From: an uncultured Actinomycetes bacterium
GTDB lineage: Bacteria; Actinomycetota; Acidimicrobiia; Spongiisociales; DATADW01
Length of the DNA stretch: 64,000 nt
Assembly (NCBI GenBank): GCA_963824995.1
Contig: CAWGRK010000009.1
Coordinates: forward strand, 235,934-299,933
Reading direction: 5' to 3'
Made by a program: the position numbers and the translations under genes. The number at the start of each line of letters is the position of its first letter. The stretch's first letter is position 1. The notes below the pieces were generated by a model. It was not told the DNA's origin. It ran no database searches and worked only from the letters and a program-made list of their open reading frames with translations. Shown here piece after piece: positions 1 through 13,142 of this stretch.

Positions 1-324
1 GACGGTCCAGGCGGCCCTCACCATGCCATACTCCGCCGCCACCGGCGTCAACCCATCGACGACCGCTTCGTCGACCCAAAAGCCATATGGCAGCCCGCTT
101 TCGTTGAGCCATCCCAGAGCAGCAACGAGGTGTTCAGGAGCCACTGGCTGCGTCACGACGCATCCGTTGAGCTGTGGGGTGGCAAGACCGCTGACGAAGG
201 CAAAGGTCTCCCCGGCGTCCCACACCGCGCCGTTCGGGCAGTGCTCGGCCAGCTTGCGGAAGGCGTTGACGTAGCTCCGGTGCGCCGCCGAGATGAGTTG
301 CTCCTCGGTCATCGCCTCCTGCAT
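1..324 (-). CDS. Partial CDS running off the window edge; possibly N-terminal part of a GNAT-family acetyltransferase
   Basis: Manual translation from ATG at 324 (MQEAMTEEQLISAAHRSYVNAFRKLAEH...) is open to position 1 and starts 1 nt after the upstream stop; family call is a weak resemblance only. Confidence 0.5.
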   Translation of the reverse strand, partial: MQEAMTEEQLISAAHRSYVNAFRKLAEHCPNGAVWDAGETFAFVSGLATPQLNGCVVTQPVAPEHLVAALGWLNESGLPYGFWVDEAVVDGLTPVAAEYGMVRAAWTV

Positions 325-325
325 G

Positions 326-862
326 TCAGCCCACCCGACCGCCTGTCCGCCAGTAGACGCCTTCCGCCCTGGTCAGATAGCCCTCATCGACCATGTAACG
401 GCGCAACGTGGCGTGATCGGGGTGAAACAGTTGGAGGATCAGGTCCACCTGGCGTTCGGGATAGCGCAGTCCCGGCTCGAACTCCTGGGAGAGTCGATCC
501 AGTACGAGCAGGCGCTTGGCCCTCTGCGCCGGGATCTGGGTGAGTCGCGACCCTTGGAAGAAGCGGGTCATCACCGACACCTCTTCGGTGGACCACGGAC
601 CCTCGGTCAACTCGGCCGAGGCTGCCTCGACCGCAGGCAACGCCCTTGCCGTGTCGCGCAGTGCCTCGCGATCGAGCCGGAGGTCATCGGTGAGCAGCCC
701 GGCATCGCGCAAACGCCCGACGGCCTGCAGGATGCGCCGCCGGGGGACATCGAGCATCCTGGCCAGCAACGAGACGTCCACCGGACCGACGGCGGCGTGG
801 CCGAGCACGGCGAGCCGCTCGGGGTCGAGCGCCAATCTGAGGAATTCGGTCGGCGGGGTCAC
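326..862 (-). CDS. DUF2087 domain protein with N-terminal HTH-like region
   Basis: C-terminal IPAQRAKR...FEPGLRYPERQVD...DHATLRRYMVDEGYLTR pattern typical of DUF2087. Confidence 0.8.
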   Translation of the reverse strand: MTPPTEFLRLALDPERLAVLGHAAVGPVDVSLLARMLDVPRRRILQAVGRLRDAGLLTDDLRLDREALRDTARALPAVEAASAELTEGPWSTEEVSVMTRFFQGSRLTQIPAQRAKRLLVLDRLSQEFEPGLRYPERQVDLILQLFHPDHATLRRYMVDEGYLTRAEGVYWRTGGRVG

Positions 863-921
863 CGGCTCAGGGTATCTCGGCCTACCCGGAGGGGAACGAG
901 CATGTTGGTTAGCCTCCCCCG

Positions 922-1368
922 GTGCCCGAGCGGTCCTTCACCCACGTGGTCAATGCAGCAACCGGGATCGAGACCGCGTGGCAGGCGCTTCAGGACGAGT
1001 CGACATGGGGGTCCGTTGGGGGAGTCGACCGGTTGTGGGACGCGGTGCACGACGCAGCCGGCGAACTCCGCAGCTATCGATTCGCCGCCACCGCGGGACG
1101 CCAATACGAGGGAACCGCCGAAGTGGTCGATTCGGTCCGGCCCGAGAGAATGACGGTCGCCTTGTCTACTTCGGAACTCGATGGACAGATCGCAGTGGCG
1201 TTGCAACCGATCGATGAGCGCCAGACCGAAGTTGCGGTGAAGCTCGGGATTCGTTCCAAGAGCTGGCTGTCGACTGCCCTCTTCCCGGTCGTGGCAGCAG
1301 CAGTCGGATCGGGTCTTCCGGCCAACGTCGAGAGCTTCGCCCGTAGGCTCGAAGGGACCGCCGGCTGA
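922..1368 (+). CDS. SRPBCC/CoxG-like (START-fold) protein
   Basis: 148 aa with 'AWQALQD' N-terminal motif, alternating beta-strand pattern and C-terminal helix. Confidence 0.6.
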   Translation: MPERSFTHVVNAATGIETAWQALQDESTWGSVGGVDRLWDAVHDAAGELRSYRFAATAGRQYEGTAEVVDSVRPERMTVALSTSELDGQIAVALQPIDERQTEVAVKLGIRSKSWLSTALFPVVAAAVGSGLPANVESFARRLEGTAG

Positions 1369-1369
1369 C

Positions 1370-1734
1370 CTAAGCGGTCTGCTCCTCCTCGGCCTGCTCT
1401 TCCTCGATCCGCTCTTCCTCGGCCTGCTCTTCCTCGATCTTCAACTCGGCGGCAAGCTCAGCCGCACCCTCACGCCCACCCGTTGCGATCTCGGCCCGAT
1501 CGGTGAGCAGCGTGACCTGGTTCTGGAGCACCTGCAGAAAGCCGCCGTGGACCCCAACGGTGGTCCGGTCGTTGCCCGACTCGATGATCACCGCCCCTGT
1601 GGCCAGAGCCGCCATCACCGGCTCGTGATCGGTGAGGATTCCGATCTCACCCTCGGTAGTGCGCGCCACGAGGAAGTCGGCCTCCCCCGACCAGACCACC
1701 GCCTCGGGCGACACCACGTCCACCTGGAAAGGCA

Positions 1735-1735
<1 letters not shown>
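1370..1735 (-). CDS. atpC: F0F1 ATP synthase subunit epsilon
   Basis: FQVDVVSPE...ARTTEGEIGIL..H.P...VHGGFLQV; directly downstream of atpD. Confidence 0.95.
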
Positions 1736-3171
<1,436 letters not shown>

Positions 3172-3193
3172 TCACTCGCTTTGCTCGTTCGCG

Positions 3194-3235
3194 GTACTTA
3201 GTACTTAGTACTTAGTACTTAGTACTTAGTACTCA
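3194..3235. repeat. Heptamer tandem repeat (GTACTTA)x5 + GTACTCA in the atpG-atpD intergenic region
   Basis: Read directly from sequence. Confidence 0.95.
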
Positions 3236-3239
3236 CTAC

Positions 3240-4118
3240 TCACTTCGCTCTCAAGGCTTCGGCGCCGCCCACGATCTCTGATATCTCCGTCGTGATCTCG
3301 GCTTGTCTGGCCTGGTTCGCCTGTCTGGTGTAGAGCTTGACCAGGTCGCGGGCGTTGTCGGTGGCCGCTTTCATGGCCCGCTGCCGGGCGGCGTGCTCCC
3401 CCGCAGACGCCTCGAGCAGCATCCCGAACACCCCCGCCTCGACGTAGCGTGGCAGGATTCGGTCGAGGATCTCCTCAGGAGACGGCTCGAACTCGTAGCT
3501 GACCGGCGGGCCTTCCGCATCGCGGTCCTCGGGTGGTCTGACCGGGAGCATCTCGACGCGCTCGGTCACCTGGTTGAGGGCCGACTGGAACCTGTTGTAG
3601 ACGACGTCCAACTGGTCGATCTCCCCGCTGGCGTATTCGTCGAGGATGTGGTTGGCCACGGCCCTGGCATCGCCGTACCCGGGACGGTCGGTCACCCCGA
3701 GGAAGGCACGGCGCACGTGATACCCGCGGAAGCGGAAATAGCCCTGTGCCTTTTTCCCCACCACATAGAGACGGTGCTCGACCCCATCACGCCGCAACTC
3801 GAGCAGCCGGCTCTCGGCCGCCCGCAGCACGTTCGTGTTGTACGCCCCCGCCAGACCGCGGTCGGAGGTGATGGCGAGCACCCCCACCGTCCTCACCTCA
3901 CGCTGCTCGAGGAGTACGTGGCTGGTGCCACCGCCGGCGGCCCCGACGTTGCGGATCACCTCGGTGAGCTTGTGGATGTACGGCAGCGACTCGCGGACCC
4001 TCTGCTGGGCGCGCACGATCCGCGAAGCCGCGATCAACTCAAAGGCCCGGGTGATCTTCATCGTCGCCTGGACGCTCTTGATCCGGCGCCGGATCTGGCG
4101 GACCTCAGCGCTAGCCAC
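3240..4118 (-). CDS. atpG: F0F1 ATP synthase subunit gamma
   Basis: TSDRGLAGAYN and ARQAEITTEISEIVGGA motifs. Confidence 0.98.
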   Translation of the reverse strand: MASAEVRQIRRRIKSVQATMKITRAFELIAASRIVRAQQRVRESLPYIHKLTEVIRNVGAAGGGTSHVLLEQREVRTVGVLAITSDRGLAGAYNTNVLRAAESRLLELRRDGVEHRLYVVGKKAQGYFRFRGYHVRRAFLGVTDRPGYGDARAVANHILDEYASGEIDQLDVVYNRFQSALNQVTERVEMLPVRPPEDRDAEGPPVSYEFEPSPEEILDRILPRYVEAGVFGMLLEASAGEHAARQRAMKAATDNARDLVKLYTRQANQARQAEITTEISEIVGGAEALRAK

Positions 4119-4121
4119 GTG

Positions 4122-5675
4122 TCACTCGGTCGGCTCGAACATCTCGAGGAACTCCCTCACCGCCGCCTCCAACTCGGAGGTGTCGGGTTCGCCCTCGTCA
4201 TTCTTCGGGAAATCGCCCGTCTCGGCCAAGGAGTCGATCAGACCCCGGTGCCGGGTCCTCACGTACTCCCTCATCTCGGTCTCGAAGCGGCGGATGTCTC
4301 TCACGGGCACGGAGTCCATCAACCCGTTGGTGACGGCGAAGATGGCGAGGACCTGTTCCTCCACCGGCACCGGTCGAAACTGGGGCTGCTTGAGCACCTC
4401 GACCACCCGGCGGCCCCGCTCCAACTGCGCCTGGCTGGTGGCGTCGAGCTCAGAACCGAACTGGGCGAATGCCTCGAGTTCGCGGAACTGGGCGAGGTTG
4501 ATCCGGAGGGTGCCCGCCACCCGCCGCATCGCCCGGATCTGTGCCGAACCTCCCACGCGGGACACCGAGGTGCCTGCGTTGATGGCGGGGCGGACCCCGG
4601 AGTAGAACAGGTCGGTCTCGAGGAAGATCTGACCATCGGTGATCGAGATGACGTTGGTGGGGATATAGGCCGAGATGTCGTTGGCCTTGGTCTCCACTAT
4701 TGGCAAGCCGGTGAGAGAACCGCCCCCGTTCTCGTCCGACAGCTTGGCGCAGCGCTCGAGGAGCCGGCTGTGGAGATAGAAGACGTCGCCCGGGTACGCC
4801 TCACGGCCCGGTGGGCGGCGTAGCAGGAGAGCGATCTCGCGGTAGGCGACGGCCTGCTTGGACAGGTCGTCAAAGATGATCAGGGCGTGCTGGCCGTTGT
4901 ACATCCAGTGCTGCCCGATGGCTGAGCCGGCATAGGGGGCGTACATCTGCACCGGGGCCGGTGCCGAGGCGGTGGCGCTCACCACGACGGTGTATTCCAA
5001 GGCCCCCGCCTTCTCCAACGAGTCGACCACTTCGGCGACGGTCGATGCCTTCTGGCCGATCGCTACGTAGATGCATCGAACCGCCTGGTCGGTGCCCCAG
5101 AACTGCTTCTGGTTGATGATCGTGTCCACCGCCAGTGCGGTCTTGCCGGTCTGACGGTCACCGATGATGAGCTCGCGCTGACCGCGGCCGATCGGGATCA
5201 TGGCGTCGATGGCCTTGATCCCGGTCTGGAGCGGCTCGCGTACCGGTTGGCGTTCGACGACCGATGGGGCGGTGGTCTCGAGAAGCCTGGTCTCGGTGGC
5301 GTTGATGGCACCCTTGCCATCGAGCGGGTTGCCCAGAGGGTCGATCACCCTGCCGAGCAGCTCATCGCCCACGATCACCGAGAGGACGCGCCCGGTGGAG
5401 CGGACGGCGTTGCCCTCCTCGACCTCCGATGCCTCCCCCATGAGCACTGCGCCGATCGACGATTCATCCAGGTCGAGGGCCACACCGAGCAGCCCGCCGG
5501 GAAACTCGAGCAGCTCAGAGGACATGGCATTGGGCAGCCCGCTGACCCGAGCCACGCCGTCGGCCACCGACACGACGTACCCGACCGTCTCGGCTTCGAG
5601 AGTGGGTTCCCAGCCCTCGAGACTGCGACGCAGCGCGGCTGTGATGTCGTCTGCGGATATCAGGACGTCGGCCAT
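4122..5675 (-). CDS. atpA: F0F1 ATP synthase subunit alpha
   Basis: [31 protein letters not shown]. Confidence 0.99.
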   Translation of the reverse strand: MADVLISADDITAALRRSLEGWEPTLEAETVGYVVSVADGVARVSGLPNAMSSELLEFPGGLLGVALDLDESSIGAVLMGEASEVEEGNAVRSTGRVLSVIVGDELLGRVIDPLGNPLDGKGAINATETRLLETTAPSVVERQPVREPLQTGIKAIDAMIPIGRGQRELIIGDRQTGKTALAVDTIINQKQFWGTDQAVRCIYVAIGQKASTVAEVVDSLEKAGALEYTVVVSATASAPAPVQMYAPYAGSAIGQHWMYNGQHALIIFDDLSKQAVAYREIALLLRRPPGREAYPGDVFYLHSRLLERCAKLSDENGGGSLTGLPIVETKANDISAYIPTNVISITDGQIFLETDLFYSGVRPAINAGTSVSRVGGSAQIRAMRRVAGTLRINLAQFRELEAFAQFGSELDATSQAQLERGRRVVEVLKQPQFRPVPVEEQVLAIFAVTNGLMDSVPVRDIRRFETEMREYVRTRHRGLIDSLAETGDFPKNDEGEPDTSELEAAVREFLEMFEPTE

Positions 5676-5714
5676 CGAGTGGTACTCCTCACTCCACGGG
5701 GCAGCGGATTGTCG

Positions 5715-6244
5715 TCATTTCCTCATGCTGTCGCGCAGGCTCTCGAGTCGCCGACGCACCGTTCCATCGATCACGGTGTCACCGACGGTTGCGGCGACGC
5801 CTCCGATGACCGACGGATCCACGACCACGCGGACTTCCACGTTCCGCTTGGTCGCTCTACCAAGCGATTCGGCCAGCCGCTGGCGGGTGGCGTCGTCGAG
5901 CGGCACGGCACTGCGGACCTCGGCAACAGCCCGTTCCCTGGTGGCGGCGGCCTGGGAAACGAGCTCGTCGGCGATTTCGGGGAGGTCGGCTCCCCTGCCG
6001 GCGGCGACCACCATCGAGATGGCATTCATCGTGACCGGGGTGACCCGGTTGTCGAGCAGGTCGTTGACGATCGCCTGACGACGCTCGAGCGGGAGCCTTG
6101 GGTCGCTGAAGGTCTGCCTCAACTCGGGTGATGCCTCCACCGCCCTCCCCACCTGGAACACCTCGTCCTCCACCCGCTCGAGGTCCCCCTCGGCTTGGGC
6201 TATGGCGAGGATGGCGGTGGCGTACCCGCTCGCCCGGGACTCCG

Positions 6245-6248
<4 letters not shown>
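5715..6248 (-). CDS. atpH: F0F1 ATP synthase subunit delta
   Basis: YATA..., VRSAVPL, VDPSVIGG...VIDGTV; operon position. Confidence 0.95.
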
Positions 6249-7878
<1,630 letters not shown>

Positions 7879-7891
<13 letters not shown>

Positions 7892-8295
7892 TCGAGCTCC
7901 TTCTCGGCACCGCGGGCCACGGCGACGGTCTCCCAGGCGAGCAGCACGATATACGCCGCCACCGTGGCCAGCCCAAACGCCAGCCGGTCGAGGTCGGTGA
8001 ACCGGAGCACGACGATCACGGTCAGGGTCATCAACCCGAAACGGAGAAAGAACCCGAGGAGGGCGGTGGCCTGATAGAGGGCCGGGGAGATCTTGGCGGC
8101 CACCGAGAGCATGGCGCCGGCGAGGAGGAAGTTGACCACCACCAGCACCACACCGAACGCTGCGGCTATGGCGCCCTCGCCACCCCTGGTGATCCAGAAG
8201 ATGGCCACCAGGATCGGTCCCACGACCACTGCCCTCCGTGCAATGTGCGAAGCGAGCACCGCCTCCACGTTCACCGCTGCCTCCACGGTGCCCAT
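7879..8295 (-). CDS. atpI: ATP synthase subunit I-like membrane protein
   Basis: Four hydrophobic helices directly upstream of atpB; start approximate. Confidence 0.7.
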
Positions 8296-8558
8296 GAGCT
8301 GTCGTCGTTGGCTTCCTTCGACATCGTCACCAGCCTCATGAACCCGGAGTAGGCGCCGAGTGCCGCCCCGATGACCACCAGCCAGGGCGCAGTGTCGAGC
8401 CATTGATCGGCGAAGTATCCGAGCAGGGTCCCCGAGGCAATCGAGCCGAAGAAGGACCCGCCCGCCATCCACCCCTCTTCCATGGCCTTGCCCACCTGCT
8501 GATGAGGGGTCGGCCTGCTGGCATCCACTGGGTCACGGCTCCTTGTGACTTCTTTCAC
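8271..8558 (-). CDS. AtpZ/AtpI family protein (true start may be GTG at 8528)
   Basis: GTLLGYFADQWLDTAPW...G..LG pattern; first gene of the atp operon. Confidence 0.8.
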   Translation of the reverse strand: MKEVTRSRDPVDASRPTPHQQVGKAMEEGWMAGGSFFGSIASGTLLGYFADQWLDTAPWLVVIGAALGAYSGFMRLVTMSKEANDDSSWAPWRQR

Positions 8559-8560
8559 AA
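8543..8560. promoter_or_regulatory. Rex/CRP-type palindrome TTGTGACTTCTTTCACAA upstream of the atp operon
   Basis: Exact TGTGA-N6-TCACA; one mismatch to Rex TTGTGAA-N4-TTCACAA. Confidence 0.7.
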
Positions 8561-8597
8561 TGTATCGATTTCCCGGGCCGGAAGCAAGACTCCGGCG

Positions 8598-8625
8598 ACC
8601 CTAGCAATCCCCACTCCCAGGGCAA
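8598..8625 (-). promoter_or_regulatory. Putative housekeeping promoter of the atp operon (TTGCCC-N16-TAGGGT, with TGn extension)
   Basis: Motif match by eye. Confidence 0.4.
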
Positions 8626-8729
8626 TCTGCCTCGGCAGTTGACCCCCCTTCCGTCTCCCTTCTCCCGACTCGTGCATCAGCCGATCGGTTGATTCGCCGC
8701 ACCAGCCGAATGACAGACGATTCGGCTTT

Positions 8730-8798
8730 ATCGAGTCAGAGCCGGGCAGGGGCACCGCCATCTCGGCGCGGATCCCGGTTGGCGCGGTAGCAGGATGA
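8730..8798 (+). pseudogene. Remnant C-terminus of a sensor histidine kinase
   Basis: Translates [22 protein letters not shown], the G2-box tail of HATPase_c; stop overlaps the response regulator start (ATGA). Confidence 0.65.
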
Positions 8799-9439
8799 CC
8801 GAGTCGATTGGTGTCTTGATCGTCGACGACCACCCTGTGGTTCGCGATGGTCTCAAAGGGATGTTCGCCCGCGAACCGGGTTTCACCGTCGTCGGCGAGG
8901 CCTCCGACGGAGACGAAGCGCTGGCCAAAGCCGCCGTGCTACTGCCCGATGTCGTCCTCATGGACCTGCGGATGCCGGGGGTGGGGGGTGTCGAGGCGAT
9001 CGAGCTCCTCGCCGCGCGTGGCATCCCTTCGTGGGTGCTGGTCCTCACCACGTTCGACACCGAGGTCGACGTGCTCCCGGCGATAGAGGCCGGTGCCACC
9101 GGATACCTCCTCAAAGATGCCCCGCGTCAGGAATTGCTCCGGGCAGTACGCGCCGCGGCTCAGGGGGAAGCGGTCTTGTCTCCGGCGATCGCCACCCGGC
9201 TACTCGGGCAGGTGCGGCGACCGGCGGGCGAAATGGTGAGCGAGCGGGAGCTCGAAGTGCTCCGGCTGGTGGCACGGGGCAGCACCAACCGCGAGACCGC
9301 GGACCGTCTCTTCATCAGCGAGGCGACGGTCAAGACCCACCTGCTCCACATCTACGCCAAGCTCGGGGTGAACGACCGCGCCTCCGCGGTCGCCGCCGCC
9401 TATGACCGCGGGCTGCTCACCCCCGGTGAGGCGCCGTAA
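8795..9439 (+). CDS. NarL/LuxR-family response regulator
   Basis: [21 protein letters not shown]-terminal LuxR HTH (SEATVKTH). Confidence 0.95.
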   Translation: MTESIGVLIVDDHPVVRDGLKGMFAREPGFTVVGEASDGDEALAKAAVLLPDVVLMDLRMPGVGGVEAIELLAARGIPSWVLVLTTFDTEVDVLPAIEAGATGYLLKDAPRQELLRAVRAAAQGEAVLSPAIATRLLGQVRRPAGEMVSERELEVLRLVARGSTNRETADRLFISEATVKTHLLHIYAKLGVNDRASAVAAAYDRGLLTPGEAP

Positions 9440-9448
9440 GGCGAGGCC

Positions 9449-10699
9449 CTACGACGGTACCGGGAATCCCGAGGTGAATTCCCTCACCTCGACGGCGATC
9501 TGGTCGAGAATGCCTTCGTCCTCCTTGCGGGTGGCGTCCACCGCCTGGTCGATCCAGGCTGCGATTGGAGCCATGTCGGAGGTGACCATGCCCCTGGTGG
9601 TGATCGCCGGCGTACCCAAACGGATCCCCGACGGGTCGAACGGCTTGCGCGTGTCGAAGGGGACCGTGTTGTAGTTGAGCTCGATCCCAGCACGGTCGAG
9701 CCCCTTGGCGGCCGGCTTGCCACCTATCTCACGGTTGGTCAGGTCCACCAGGATGAGGTGGTTGTCGGTGCCCCCCGACACCAGGTCGAAGCCCCTCTCC
9801 AGCAACGCCTCGGCCAATGCCTTGGCGTTTGCCACGATCTGATGGGCGTAGTCGCGGAACTCGTTGGTCGATGCTTCCTCCAGCGCCACTGCGATGGCTG
9901 CCGTCGTGTGGTTGTGCGGACCCCCCTGGAGGCCGGGGAAGACCGCCCGATCTAGGTCCTTGGCGTGCTGGGCGCGGCTCATCAGCATTGCACCTCTCGG
10001 TCCGCGCAGCGTCTTGTGGGTCGTGGTCGAGATCACACCGGCATGTGGCGCCGGAGATGGGTGGGCTCCACCCGCCACCAATCCGGCGATATGGGCGATG
10101 TCCGCCACGAGGACGGCCCCGACCTCGTCGGCGACGGAGGCGAATGCGGCGAAGTCGATGGTGCGCGGGATGGCGGTCCCGCCGCACCAGATGAGCTTGG
10201 GCCGCTCCTCCTTGGCCAGCCGTCGAACGTCGTCCATGTCGACCATGCCGGTGTCGGCTCGGACCTCGTATTGGACGGACCGGAACCACTTCCCGGTCGC
10301 CGACACGTTCCACCCATGTGTGAGATGGCCGCCCATGGGGAGGGCCATCCCCATGACCGTGTCGCCCGGGTCACAAAAGGCGAGATAGACGGCCAGGTTG
10401 GCTGGTGAGCCCGAGTAGGGCTGGACATTGGCGTGCTCGACCTCGAAGAGTCGCTTGGCACGTTCTCTTGCGAGCTCCTCGATCGGGTCGATGAACTGCT
10501 GGCCCTCGTAGTAGCGGCGCCCCGGGTAACCCTCGGAGTACTTGTTGGTGAGCACGGTGCCTGACGCCTCGAGCACGGCGCGCGACACGTAGTTCTCCGA
10601 AGCGATGAGCCGGATCTTCTCCGCCTGCCGTTGTTCCTCCGCCTCGATGAGCCGGGCGATCTCCGGGTCCACCTGCTCTATGGAACTGGGGTCGGTCAT
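9449..10699 (-). CDS. glyA: Serine hydroxymethyltransferase
   Basis: LIASEN, NKYSEGYPGRRYY, TTTHKTLRGPRG. Confidence 0.98.
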   Translation of the reverse strand: MTDPSSIEQVDPEIARLIEAEEQRQAEKIRLIASENYVSRAVLEASGTVLTNKYSEGYPGRRYYEGQQFIDPIEELARERAKRLFEVEHANVQPYSGSPANLAVYLAFCDPGDTVMGMALPMGGHLTHGWNVSATGKWFRSVQYEVRADTGMVDMDDVRRLAKEERPKLIWCGGTAIPRTIDFAAFASVADEVGAVLVADIAHIAGLVAGGAHPSPAPHAGVISTTTHKTLRGPRGAMLMSRAQHAKDLDRAVFPGLQGGPHNHTTAAIAVALEEASTNEFRDYAHQIVANAKALAEALLERGFDLVSGGTDNHLILVDLTNREIGGKPAAKGLDRAGIELNYNTVPFDTRKPFDPSGIRLGTPAITTRGMVTSDMAPIAAWIDQAVDATRKEDEGILDQIAVEVREFTSGFPVPS

Positions 10700-10773
10700 G
10701 GACGGCCTCCTTGAGACGCCAAGCGTAGAGCGGGACCCCTTACAATCCCCGCCCACGCCATGGGAGGGGCTGG

Positions 10774-11238
10774 ATGGACGGATACGACTGGTTGGTGCTT
10801 CTTCACATCATCGCGGCGACCGTCTGGGTGGGCGGGGGATTCGCCACCCAGGTGTACGCCGAACGGGCGAGACGCACCGCCGACCCGGCGAGGCAAGCGA
10901 GCTTCGGCAGGGACATTCAGTGGGTCGGGAGCCGAATCTTTGCCCCCGCTTCGCTTGTGGTGATCGTGGTCGGCATCGTGATGGTGCTGGTGAATCCCGC
11001 TTGGGACTTCAGTCAGCTTTGGATCACGCTGGCGCTCGCCGGGGTGGCCATCTCCGTCATCACCGGCGCCGTGTTCCTCGGGCCTGAATCGGGCCGGATA
11101 GGGAAGTTGATCGGGGAGCGGGGCGTCGAGGATCCCGAGGTGCAGCGGAGGATCGGGCGCACCCGCGTCATATCGCGGATCGACTATGTGGTGTTGCTCC
11201 TGGTGGTCGGGCTGATGGTGTTCAAGCCGGGTATCTGA
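10774..11238 (+). CDS. DUF2269-like integral membrane protein
   Basis: LHIIAATVWVGG N-terminus and LMVFKP C-terminus; TACAAT -10 at 10741. Confidence 0.7.
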   Translation: MDGYDWLVLLHIIAATVWVGGGFATQVYAERARRTADPARQASFGRDIQWVGSRIFAPASLVVIVVGIVMVLVNPAWDFSQLWITLALAGVAISVITGAVFLGPESGRIGKLIGERGVEDPEVQRRIGRTRVISRIDYVVLLLVVGLMVFKPGI

Positions 11239-11243
11239 GCGCA

Positions 11244-11826
11244 TCAATCGAGTGTTACCGGCCCAGCGCGCAGCACCCGTGGCACCGGCCCGGTGAGGTC
11301 GATCACCGTCGAGGCGACTCCGCCGGGGCAACGCCCGGGCAGGTACACGGCCACGGCTTTCCCGAATACCCCGCCGCGCCTCGTCGTGGTCCATCGATTC
11401 CGGCTCTCCCGAGAGGTTCGCCGATGTGATTGCAAGCGGCCCGGACGCGGCGAGGAGTTCGAGCAGAGCCGCGTGATCGGGAACTCTCACTCCGACGGTT
11501 CCCGCATCCGGATCACCCACCCATCCGGGCATCGAATGTCGGGTCGGCAAGACCAGAGTGAGGGGTCCGGGCCAGTGGAGCGAGGCAAGCTCGGCCGCCC
11601 CCGAAGTCATCGAGACCAGCGTCTCGGCCTGTTCGAACGATCCGACCATGAGCGATATCGGCTTGTCGGCGGGACGGCCCTTGATCTCGTAGAGCCTGGC
11701 GACCGCCCGTGGATCGGATGGCTCTACGCCGATGCCGTACACGGTGTCGGTGGGCACGCCAATTACAAGGCCGGAGCGCACCGCCTCCACCGCCTGGGCG
11801 ATCAGGGAACTGGTCGAATCGCCCAT
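11244..11826 (-). CDS. tsaC: L-threonylcarbamoyladenylate synthase (TsaC/YrdC); apparent frameshift near 11375
   Basis: PTDTVYG, KGRP..KP, WPGPLT, TSANLSG in one frame; STVIDLT...LRAG in the next. Confidence 0.9.
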
Positions 11827-11877
11827 CTAGGGCGTTCGCCGACCGGTAGCCTCGTCCGAACCAGGAGGGATACCACG

Positions 11878-12273
11878 ATGGATGCATCCCGGCTCGGCTC
11901 GGTTCCGCTGTTTGCCCAACTCGGCCGGCACGACCGTCAGCAGGTGGCCCAATGGGCCGAAGAGGTGGAAGTGGAGGAGGGAGCCGACCTCATTCGTGAG
12001 GGCGACTTCGCCCACGAGTTCTTCGTGATCGAGGAGGGAACCGCCAACGTCGAGCACGATGGCCGGATCCTCACCGAGCTCACCAAGGGTGAATTCTTCG
12101 GCGAGATCGGCCTCGTCGAGCACGTGCGCCGCACCGCGACGGTTACTGCCACCAGCCCCATGCGGCTGGTGGTGATGTTCGAGCGTGAGTTCACCGCCAT
12201 GGAGGAGCAGTTGCCCGCTGTGGCCGATCAGATCAAGGAAGCCATCCGGCAGCGCTGCTCGCAGATCGCCTGA
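11878..12273 (+). CDS. Stand-alone cyclic nucleotide-binding domain protein
   Basis: VPLFA, REGD..FFVIEEG, GEFFGEIGL...RTATV. Confidence 0.9.
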   Translation: MDASRLGSVPLFAQLGRHDRQQVAQWAEEVEVEEGADLIREGDFAHEFFVIEEGTANVEHDGRILTELTKGEFFGEIGLVEHVRRTATVTATSPMRLVVMFEREFTAMEEQLPAVADQIKEAIRQRCSQIA

Positions 12274-12275
12274 CT

Positions 12276-13076
12276 TCAAACACAGCATCTGGCTCCCTTG
12301 CGCGCAACGAGGATCCGATCGCGGCCAGCGAGGTCGCGCCTCAGGTCCACATCGAGCCACGCCCCGAATGCGGCGACCGCAGCCTCGCCCTGAGTCTCGC
12401 CGATCTCGCAGAAAACCCAACCGCCCACCCCGAGCCACCAGGGCGCGTCGGTAGCGATCCGGTCGATCAGTTCGAACCCGGACTCCCCGGCAACGAGTGC
12501 CTCCCGGGGCTCGTGGTCCCTGATCTCGACCGGCAGTTCGGGCCATTCGTCTTCGGCGACATAGGGCGGGTTGGACACGAGTAGATCGATGCGCTCGCGC
12601 AGATCGTCGGGCAGGGCGTCGAAGAGATCGCCGTGGTGGAAAGCGATTTCGAGCCCCAGCCTGGATGCGTTCTCCGCCGCCAGGAAAAGAGCCTCCTCTG
12701 AGATGTCGGTAGCGTGCACCCGAGCCTCCGGGAAAGTCGCTTTGAGCGCCAGCGCAAGCGCTCCTGAACCGGTGCAAAGATCGACGATCACCGTTCCCGG
12801 CCCTGCTTCGCCCAACGACGTGGCCGCCTGCTCCCAAAGCTGCTCGGTCTCGGGCCGGGGTATCAGCGAGCGCCGATCGACCATCAGCTCGACGGGGCCA
12901 AAATCCACTACACCCTCGATGTACTGCAGCGGCTCGCCGCCCAATCGCCGCGCCACCAGAGAGGCGAGGTGCTCGGCTTCGCCGGGAGACGAAGGTGCGA
13001 TGTGAACGGCACGACCGCCGGTGGCGACACGAGTCAGACGGTCCGCCTCGTGTCGCGGAAGTGAATCGATGGACAC
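12276..13076 (-). CDS. prmC: Peptide chain release factor N5-glutamine methyltransferase (start approximate)
   Basis: GEPLQYI, LIPRPETE, DLCTGSG, SNPPY. Confidence 0.95.
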   Translation of the reverse strand: MSIDSLPRHEADRLTRVATGGRAVHIAPSSPGEAEHLASLVARRLGGEPLQYIEGVVDFGPVELMVDRRSLIPRPETEQLWEQAATSLGEAGPGTVIVDLCTGSGALALALKATFPEARVHATDISEEALFLAAENASRLGLEIAFHHGDLFDALPDDLRERIDLLVSNPPYVAEDEWPELPVEIRDHEPREALVAGESGFELIDRIATDAPWWLGVGGWVFCEIGETQGEAAVAAFGAWLDVDLRRDLAGRDRILVARKGARCCV

Positions 13077-13142
13077 GTCATCAAGTGTCCCAGATCCGAG
13101 GGAATGGCGCGCCGGTGGCCCAGGGCAATTGGGCATATTGGG

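Noticed and set aside
10700..10773. ZTP or glycine riboswitch upstream of glyA
   Set aside because: Only about 74 nt of divergent intergenic space and no recognisable aptamer core
11244..11826. Programmed frameshifting or pseudogenisation in tsaC (also hom, lysA, panB, rsmA)
   Set aside because: No slippery-site consensus; scattered single indels in housekeeping genes fit sequencing error
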